Shown: piece by piece, positions 1 through 4,335 of the stretch
Layout of the letters: each line of letters starts with the position of its first letter
How positions within the stretch are numbered: position 1 is the stretch's first letter
IMG/VR virus record: IMGVR_UViG_2534681647_000010
Source: a virus
Taxonomy: Duplodnaviria > Heunggongvirae > Uroviricota > Caudoviricetes
Direction: 5' to 3' (one strand)
DNA length: 4,335 nt
Position numbers and translations under genes: made by a program
The notes under the pieces: model-generated
What the model saw: the letters and a program-made list of their open reading frames with translations, nothing else
The model's database searches: none
What the model was told of the DNA's origin: nothing

Positions 1-134
1 TAATCGCCCTGATCGTCATCTGTTTAACCGTCATAGTGACGGCACTGGTAACGAGGAAAGACCTCTGCGAGGTACGAATCCGAACCGGCCAGACGGAGGT
101 CGCTGTCTTCACAGCTTACGAACCTGAGGAGTAA
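1..134 (+). CDS. hokD: Hok-family type I toxin (HokD/RelF-like), 5'-truncated by the window edge; frame begins at nt 3
   Basis: Translating from nt 3 gives IALIVICLTVIVTALVTRKDLCEVRIRTGQTEVAVFTAYEPEE, with TAA at 132-134. This is a hydrophobic transmembrane segment followed by a short Cys-containing periplasmic tail, as in Hok/Gef/RelF toxins, and it matches my recollection of E. coli HokD/RelF. The mok/sok region and the start codon lie outside the window. Confidence 0.8.
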   Translation, partial: IALIVICLTVIVTALVTRKDLCEVRIRTGQTEVAVFTAYEPEE

Positions 135-202
135 GAGACCAGGCGGGGGAGAAATCCCTCGCCACCTCTGATGTGTCAGGCATCCTCAACGCACCCGCAC
201 TT

Positions 203-229
203 AACCCGCTTCGGCGGGTTTTTGTTTTT
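203..229 (+). terminator. Intrinsic terminator at the 3' end of the hok transcript
   Basis: Stem AACCCGC (203-209) pairs with GCGGGTT (214-220) around a TTCG loop (210-213), followed by a T-rich tract (219-229: TTTTTGTTTTT). Orientation is + strand (U-tract downstream of the stem). Confidence 0.6.
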
Positions 230-354
230 ATTTTCAACGCGTTTGAAGTTCCGGACGGCGCCGGAATAGAATCAAAAATACTTAAGTAGCGCGCAGGGAG
301 AAGAGGGATGGACCCCGAACAGGGGAGTGCTATTTATCTGGAAGGATTCTGTTG

Positions 355-612
355 ATGAGAATCGAAGAATTACGTGAAATTTTTAGTGAAGATGGCCTCT
401 ATACTGTGCGCGTTGAGAAGGGCGCTATTGTCAGCCACTGCCGTATTAAATGTTTACAGTCTCAACAAAGGAAGAGTGGAGCTGCGTTAATTCATTTTGT
501 GGATGGGCTTGTGACGGATGGTTTTATTTTGCGTGCAAATGAATTTGTCACATCGTTGCCGTCTCTGAAAGAAGCTGGGATTAAGGCTGGTTTTTCTGCT
601 TTTGAAGATTAG
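355..612 (+). CDS. rem: Rem-like small prophage protein of unknown function
   Basis: ORF with ATG at 355 preceded by GGAAGGA (341-347); the six-frame track starts 3 nt earlier at TTG 352. Stop TAG at 610-612. Its position directly downstream of hokD matches the Qin prophage order hokD-rem-ydfU. The sequence MRIEELREIFSEDGLYTVRVEKG... has ordinary coding composition. Confidence 0.7.
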   Translation: MRIEELREIFSEDGLYTVRVEKGAIVSHCRIKCLQSQQRKSGAALIHFVDGLVTDGFILRANEFVTSLPSLKEAGIKAGFSAFED

Positions 613-681
613 TGAATTCATCTACAATTCAGCGCAGGGCTGAACCCCTGTTGAGTAACACTGTGCCACCGGAGAAAGCCG

Positions 682-960
682 ATGGCGCAAAATTCCAGAC
701 TACACAATTCTGATAATTCAGCCGTCTTTGCCAGCAGGCACGGGCGGCGTTCTCATGCATTCAAATCTGACTGGTTCCGGCACGCCCCATGCACTGAAGA
801 ACAGGCCGAATGGCTGATTCAGAACTACCGCAGACGTGGGTATGAGTTTAGGAAAGCCCTCAGCCTCGATTATCGTCACTGGATAATCTACGTCAGGCTG
901 CCGTACTCCGAGCGCCCACCGCGTCCGTCCCGCACATTCCAGCAACGCATCTGGAGGTAA
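682..960 (+). CDS. Hypothetical small basic protein (92 aa), translationally coupled to the downstream DUF968 gene
   Basis: ATG at 682 preceded by GGAG (671-674). The ORF exactly fills the gap between rem and the ydfU-like gene. Its stop TAA (958-960) lies 1 nt before the GTG start at 962 and directly follows the GGAGG (952-956) that serves as the next gene's RBS. Protein is Arg/His/Trp-rich and contains several rare Arg codons (AGA/AGG). No family recognised. Confidence 0.35.
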   Translation: MAQNSRLHNSDNSAVFASRHGRRSHAFKSDWFRHAPCTEEQAEWLIQNYRRRGYEFRKALSLDYRHWIIYVRLPYSERPPRPSRTFQQRIWR

Positions 961-961
961 C

Positions 962-2011
962 GTGCGGGTATTACTTCGACCTGTTCCGGTACCGGAACTT
1001 GGGGTGGTGGTCCTTAAACCAGGCCGTGAATCCATGCAGGTATTCCATAACCCTCGAGTGCTTGTGGAGCCGGAGCCGAAAAGCATGCGCGGTCTGCCGT
1101 CCGGCATCGTCCCTGCCGTTCGCCAGCCGCTGGCGGAGGATAAATCATTACTGCCGTTTTTCAGCAATGAGCGTGTGATTCGTGCTGTTGGTGGCGCTGG
1201 TGCACTGTCTGACTGGCTGTTGCGTCATGTCAAATCCTGCCAGTGGCCTCATGGTGACTATCATCACAGTGAAACCGTTATTCACCGTTATGGTACCGGC
1301 GCAATGGTGTTGTGCTGGCACTGCGACAACCAGCTGCGTGACCAGACATCCGAATCACTCGAGCAACTTGCTCACCAAAACCTGTCAGCATGGATGATTG
1401 ACGTCATTCGTCACGCAATGAATGGCACACAGGAGCGTGAATTATCGCTGGCTGAATTATCCTGGTGGGCGGCCTGCAATCAGGTGGTGGATGCACTACC
1501 TGAGGCAGTAGCGCGTCGTTCGCTGGGATTACCAGCGGAAAAAATCCGCTCCGTATACCGTGAGAGTGACATCGTACCGGGAGAACAGACAGCCATCAGC
1601 ATACTGAAGCAGCGCACAAAAAATATTGCGCTGCCACTTCACGTCCACCAGCAACAAAATCCACCACAGAAAAAAACGGTTGTCAGTATCGCCGTTGATC
1701 CGGAGTCTCCTGAATCGTTCATGAGGCGGCCTAAACGTTGCCGCTGGGTAAATGAGAAATACACGCGCTGGGTAAAGACACAGCCGTGTGCGTGTTGTGG
1801 TAAGCCTGCTGACGATCCGCATCACCTGATTGGTCATGGTCAGGGGGGAATGGGGACAAAGGCCCACGATATTTTCACGCTACCGTTGTGCCGGGAGCAC
1901 CACAACGAACTTCATGCAGACCCGCTGGAGTTTGAGAAAAAGTACGGCTCTCAGATTGAGTTAATTTTTCGTTTTCTTGATCACGCCTTTGCGACTGGCG
2001 TGCTCGGGTAA
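962..2011 (+). CDS. ydfU: YdfU-like prophage protein (DUF968 family) with C-terminal Cys/His-rich HNH-like zinc-finger motif; putative nuclease
   Basis: 349-aa ORF, GTG start at 962 with GGAGG at 952-956, stop TAA 2009-2011. The C-terminal segment CACCGKPADDPHHLIGHGQGGMGTKAHDIFTLPLCREHHNELH (about nt 1787-1915) has CxCC...HH...CxxHHNxxH spacing typical of HNH-type zinc-finger nucleases. Position (after rem, before rusA and Q) and length match the Qin YdfU as I recall it. Confidence 0.8.
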   Translation: MRVLLRPVPVPELGVVVLKPGRESMQVFHNPRVLVEPEPKSMRGLPSGIVPAVRQPLAEDKSLLPFFSNERVIRAVGGAGALSDWLLRHVKSCQWPHGDYHHSETVIHRYGTGAMVLCWHCDNQLRDQTSESLEQLAHQNLSAWMIDVIRHAMNGTQERELSLAELSWWAACNQVVDALPEAVARRSLGLPAEKIRSVYRESDIVPGEQTAISILKQRTKNIALPLHVHQQQNPPQKKTVVSIAVDPESPESFMRRPKRCRWVNEKYTRWVKTQPCACCGKPADDPHHLIGHGQGGMGTKAHDIFTLPLCREHHNELHADPLEFEKKYGSQIELIFRFLDHAFATGVLG

Positions 2012-2023
2012 AAGAGGTGACTG

Positions 2024-2395
2024 ATGCTCATAGATTTGGTTTTACCTTACCCGCCGACGGTGAACACTTACTGGCGACGCCGTGGCAGCACATATTTTGT
2101 ATCAAAAGCCGGGGAGCGTTATCGCCGGGCAGTGGTGCTTATTGTTCGCCAGCAGCGACTGAAATTAAGCCTGTCCGGACGGCTGGCAATAAAAATTATT
2201 GCAGAACCACCGGATAAGCGCCGCCGTGACCTGGACAACATTCTGAAAGCACCGCTGGATGCGCTGACGCATGCGGAAGTGCTCATTGATGACGAGCAGT
2301 TTGATGAAATCAATATTGTGCGCGGTCAGCCTGTGCCAGGTGGACGGCTGGGCGTGAAGATTTACGAAATCAGAGGTGGTAACGATGGCGCGTGA
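2024..2395 (+). CDS. rusA: Crossover junction endodeoxyribonuclease RusA (Holliday junction resolvase)
   Basis: ATG at 2024 with RBS AAGAGGTGA (2011-2019); stop TGA 2393-2395. Protein contains [13 protein letters not shown] near the N-terminus, the acidic core [14 protein letters not shown], a DDEQ segment and GGRL, which match the conserved RusA pattern (E. coli RusA has PDRRRRDLDN ... DDAQ ... GGRL). Confidence 0.9.
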   Translation: MLIDLVLPYPPTVNTYWRRRGSTYFVSKAGERYRRAVVLIVRQQRLKLSLSGRLAIKIIAEPPDKRRRDLDNILKAPLDALTHAEVLIDDEQFDEINIVRGQPVPGGRLGVKIYEIRGGNDGA

Positions 2396-2756
2396 TATCC
2401 AGATGGTTCTTGAGCGATGGGGGGCATGGGCAGCAAATAATCATGAAGATGTAACATGGCCCTCGATAGCTGCTGGTTTTAAAGGATTAATCCCGACTAA
2501 AGTGAAATCACGTCCTAAGTGTTCTGATGATGACGCCATGATAATTTGTGGTTGTATGGCACGATTAAACAAGAATAATCAGTATTTGCACGATTTGTTG
2601 GTGGATTATTACGTAGGTGGAATGACATTTATGGCTCTTGCACGTAAGCATAGATGTTCTGATGGGCTTATTGGTAAAAGGCTTTATAAAGCGGAAGGTA
2701 TTATTGAAGGAATGCTTATGGCTCTGAATGTCCGGTTAGATATGGATATGCGGTAG
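2385..2756 (+). CDS. Late-gene antitermination protein Q (short QuuD/phage-82-like type)
   Basis: ATG at 2385 preceded by AGAGGTGG (2373-2380); the track's start at 2376 is a GTG inside that RBS. Stop TAG 2754-2756. [25 protein letters not shown]... and the Cys-rich segments ([19 protein letters not shown]) are consistent with the short Q antiterminator family, to which DLP12 QuuD belongs. Overlaps the 3' end of rusA by 11 nt, as is typical for this operon. Confidence 0.85.
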   Translation: MARDIQMVLERWGAWAANNHEDVTWPSIAAGFKGLIPTKVKSRPKCSDDDAMIICGCMARLNKNNQYLHDLLVDYYVGGMTFMALARKHRCSDGLIGKRLYKAEGIIEGMLMALNVRLDMDMR

Positions 2757-2812
2757 GGATATATAGTGATGAGGGTTATGTTTTCTGTGTTTATAATTAA
2801 CATGTTTATTTT

Positions 2813-2846
2813 TTGATGGTCATGTATTGTGGAAGGTAGATAAAAT
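2813..2846 (+). promoter_or_regulatory. Candidate sigma70-like promoter just downstream of Q (possible late promoter or moron promoter); weak call
   Basis: TTGATG (2813-2818), 18-nt spacer, TAGATA (2837-2842), with TAAAAT at 2841-2846. The region is AT-rich, so hexamer matches are expected by chance; a perfect TATAAT also occurs at 2792-2797 without a good -35. Confidence 0.2.
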
Positions 2847-2847
2847 G

Positions 2848-2884
2848 TTGCCTGGTGAATTGAAAATATTGATAATCAATCTTC
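2848..2884 (+). promoter_or_regulatory. Candidate promoter of the CPBP gene with overlapping 13-bp perfect palindrome (operator-like)
   Basis: -35 TTGCCT (2848-2853), 17-nt spacer, -10 GATAAT (2871-2876). The perfect palindrome ATTGATAATCAAT (2868-2880) overlaps the -10. The element lies about 25 nt upstream of RBS AAAGGAG (2896-2902) and ATG 2908. Confidence 0.3.
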
Positions 2885-2907
2885 ATCATTAAATAAAAGG
2901 AGTGCTT

Positions 2908-3726
2908 ATGTGGATTGTGTTAGTACTGTCACTGTCAACTCTCAGTTGGCATAAGGTAGTGGCTTTTTCATTGTTGACGGTGTCTGTTGTCCTGGCTGTG
3001 CTTAATGATATTATTGATTGGTCGGTGTTATTTTTTGTTGCTACAATCGTTTTTTTTATTATTTTGAAGTTCAACTGGAAATATAACGCCTGGGCTAAAT
3101 CTATATATGAAGTTGGCATAGTTTTATCAGCCATAGCATTATTTTTCCATCTATGGCCAGGGTTTCACAATCCTGTAGTGCTAAATTCTGTTACTGTTGG
3201 CCCTCAAAGTACTCCCTATACAATGTATTTTAATTTTGATAAAGCGCTGGTGCCATTTTTGTTAGTCCTGTGTACATCTTCTTTGTTTAAAAAAGAAGTA
3301 AAATCAGAAGTGTCTTTGTGGAAGTGGGGGGCTCTGTCGCTCTCTGTTCCTCTTATCCTGTTTTTGGCTGTTTTTTTTGGTGGATTAAAGCCAGAGATTC
3401 ATTTTCCTGAGTGGTTGCCAGAGTTTATATTGGCTAATTTGTTTTTTGTGTCTCTGGCAGAGGAATCATTATTTAGAGGGTATATTCAATCACGGCTATC
3501 AGAAGTAACGTCTCCATTGGTTGCATTAATTGTGGCGGCTTTGTTGTTTGGTTTTTATCACTATTCAGGTGGTGCTTTACTTGTATTATTTGCCACGTTA
3601 TCTGGTGTTGTGTATGGATTGTCATGGATGTGGAGTGGGCGTTTGTGGGTTGCCACCCTTTTCCATTTTGGTTTGAATCTGTGTCACTTGTTATTCTTTA
3701 CCTATCCATTTTTAAAACATAATTGA
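2908..3726 (+). CDS. CPBP-family (CAAX protease / Abi-type) intramembrane glutamic metalloprotease; polytopic membrane protein
   Basis: ATG at 2908 with RBS AAAGGAG (2896-2902); the track start at 2902 is a GTG inside the RBS. Stop TGA 3724-3726. The protein is highly hydrophobic with multiple predicted TM helices and carries all three CPBP signature motifs in the correct order: EExxxR (EESLFR, nt 3460-3477), FxxxH (FGFYH, ending at H 3559-3561) and HxxxN (HFGLN, 3664-3678). The gene is AT-rich relative to its neighbours. Confidence 0.85.
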   Translation: MWIVLVLSLSTLSWHKVVAFSLLTVSVVLAVLNDIIDWSVLFFVATIVFFIILKFNWKYNAWAKSIYEVGIVLSAIALFFHLWPGFHNPVVLNSVTVGPQSTPYTMYFNFDKALVPFLLVLCTSSLFKKEVKSEVSLWKWGALSLSVPLILFLAVFFGGLKPEIHFPEWLPEFILANLFFVSLAEESLFRGYIQSRLSEVTSPLVALIVAALLFGFYHYSGGALLVLFATLSGVVYGLSWMWSGRLWVATLFHFGLNLCHLLFFTYPFLKHN

Positions 3727-3806
3727 TTTTTTCTATGGTTTTAAATTTATAAGACTGAAAAATAGCAGGACGTGACATTTGCATGAAAAATATGCACGGC
3801 AAAGCA

Positions 3807-3841
3807 TTTACGTACGTAAAAAATCAGGTATGCTGTTAAGA
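3807..3841 (+). promoter_or_regulatory. Candidate sigma70 promoter at the downstream edge of the AT-rich island; possible displaced pR'-like late promoter
   Basis: -35 TTTACG (3807-3812), 16-nt spacer, -10 TATGCT (3829-3834); predicted start near 3841. An intrinsic terminator follows about 30 nt downstream, giving a short promoter-terminator module. Confidence 0.3.
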
Positions 3842-3867
3842 GTGGTTATTTCGCCGCATAGCTTGAC

Positions 3868-3889
3868 CCCGCCTCTGAGCGGGTTTTTT
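3868..3889 (+). terminator. Intrinsic terminator (short GC stem plus T6)
   Basis: CCCGC (3868-3872) pairs with GCGGG (3879-3883) around loop CTCTGA, followed by TTTTTT (3884-3889). Oriented for + strand transcription; the reverse complement lacks a downstream U-tract. Could end the CPBP transcript, act as a tR'-like terminator, or both. Confidence 0.5.
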
Positions 3890-4012
3890 GTGCCCGCAAA
3901 GTAGCGCAGTGCGTTAAATGTGCTGGTAGTTATTAATACAGGTCTTTCAGCTTGCTGGCTTTTTCGACAAGAGTTATTGGTGTGTCACGTTAACCGGAAA
4001 GGGTAAAAAGAC

Positions 4013-4252
4013 ATGCTGAAACAGCAGGATATGACAGAAACCGCCAGAGTTGTGTTTGATGAATTAAGCGTCACCGAACCGGCGACGGTCGGGGAGATTG
4101 CGCAGAATACGTACCTTTCACGCGAGCGCTGCCAGTTAATACTGACCCAGCTGGTTATGCGGGTCTGGCAGACTATCAGTTCGGTTGTTACAGACGCCTT
4201 CAGTCCTGAAGGCTTTTTTATTTGTGGTAAATGGGCGGCTGGTGGGTGTTAG
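4013..4252 (+). CDS. Hypothetical small soluble protein (79 aa) with HTH-like segment
   Basis: ATG 4013 preceded by GGAAAGGG (3996-4003); stop TAG 4250-4252. The segment ATVGEIAQNTYLSRERCQLILTQL resembles a helix-turn-helix. No hydrophobic TM segment, so it is not a holin. No family recognised; could be a gene remnant. Confidence 0.35.
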   Translation: MLKQQDMTETARVVFDELSVTEPATVGEIAQNTYLSRERCQLILTQLVMRVWQTISSVVTDAFSPEGFFICGKWAAGGC

Positions 4253-4280
4253 CGGCACCTGTCAGTCCTTTGCTTATGTG

Positions 4281-4311
4281 TTGATGATAATTTACCTTTT
4301 GGGGCTATAAT
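4281..4311 (+). promoter_or_regulatory. Promoter-like element with consensus -10 (TATAAT) near the window end; weak call
   Basis: Perfect TATAAT at 4306-4311; the nearest -35-like hexamer, TTGATG (4281-4286), gives a 19-nt spacer, which is suboptimal. Any downstream target lies outside the window. Confidence 0.2.
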
Positions 4312-4335
4312 TGAACTAACCAATTGCTAATGAAA

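Larger units (their letters stand above)
2757..3840 (+). other. Compositionally distinct AT-rich island (moron) inserted immediately downstream of Q
   Basis: Sampled 60-nt lines inside this block count roughly 25-35% G+C, against about 55% in a sampled line of the upstream ydfU-like gene. The shift begins right at the Q stop codon and ends near 3840, just before the GC-rich terminator stem. Confidence 0.6.

Noticed and set aside
718-1167. 149-aa ORF on the minus strand
   Set aside because: It lies entirely antisense to the coupled 92-aa ORF and the start of the ydfU-like gene, has no recognisable RBS or family resemblance, and has a Pro/Gly/Arg/Thr-rich composition typical of an antisense frame through GC-balanced coding DNA.
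1182-1397. 71-aa ORF on the + strand in an alternative frame
   Set aside because: It is embedded out of frame within the ydfU-like gene and is Cys/Thr-rich low-complexity sequence, so it is most likely a chance open frame.
1529-1867. 112-aa ORF on the minus strand inside the ydfU-like gene
   Set aside because: It is antisense to a well-supported 349-aa gene carrying a conserved HNH-like motif in the same interval, and has no independent support.
2017-2217. 66-aa ORF on the + strand (alternative frame) and the 64-aa minus-strand ORF at 2119-2313
   Set aside because: Both overlap rusA, whose frame shows clear family-level conservation ([10 protein letters not shown] and related motifs), so they are chance frames.
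2889-3134. 81-aa ORF on the minus strand overlapping the CPBP gene start
   Set aside because: It is antisense to the strongly supported CPBP frame; in AT-rich DNA an antisense frame of this length is less expected, but it has no RBS or family support.
2902-3726. Possibility that the gene downstream of Q is a Shiga toxin subunit, a DLP12-type porin (nmpC) or a holin
   Set aside because: The protein is a 272-aa polytopic alpha-helical membrane protein with CPBP motifs. It is not a soluble signal-peptide toxin subunit and not a beta-barrel porin, and it is too large with too many TM segments for a holin.
3783-3839. 18-aa mini-ORF (MKNMHGKAFTYVKNQVCC) in the intergenic region
   Set aside because: It has no properly spaced Shine-Dalgarno sequence and overlaps the candidate promoter hexamers, so it is most likely a chance frame in AT-rich DNA.
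2757-3850. Direct repeats flanking the AT-rich island as an insertion signature
   Set aside because: Only a short, imperfect GGTTAT-like match was found near both boundaries (about 2774-2779 and 3843-3848), which is too short to distinguish from chance. No inverted terminal repeats or transposase gene are present, so no mobile element is called.
1-4335. tRNA genes, CRISPR repeats, rRNA or IS elements
   Set aside because: No cloverleaf-compatible 70-90 nt segments, no regularly spaced direct repeats, and no transposase-like ORFs were seen anywhere in the window.

Overview
This window reads as a segment of a lambdoid (Qin/DLP12-like) prophage from an E. coli-like enterobacterium, covering the nin-region to late-region boundary, with every supported gene on the + strand. 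In order: the 3' end of a Hok-family type I toxin gene (hokD/relF-like) with its intrinsic terminator; rem; a small arginine-rich ORF translationally coupled to the next gene; a ydfU-like DUF968 protein with a C-terminal Cys/His HNH-like motif; rusA (Holliday junction resolvase); and a short Q-type late antiterminator overlapping the end of rusA. Immediately after the Q stop codon the composition turns sharply AT-rich for about 1.1 kb. This island carries one gene with its own promoter-like element and a palindromic operator-like site: a polytopic membrane protein with all three catalytic motifs of the CPBP (CAAX-protease/Abi) intramembrane protease family. I consider this the most interesting element: a likely lysogen-expressed moron in the slot where Stx phages carry stx, with a possible immunity or phage-exclusion role. 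Downstream are a promoter-like element plus a short intrinsic terminator that could be a displaced pR'/tR'-type Q target, then a small soluble ORF with an HTH-like segment. No tRNA, rRNA, CRISPR array or IS element was recognised. All family assignments come from reading the translations by eye and from memory of these families; no searches were run.
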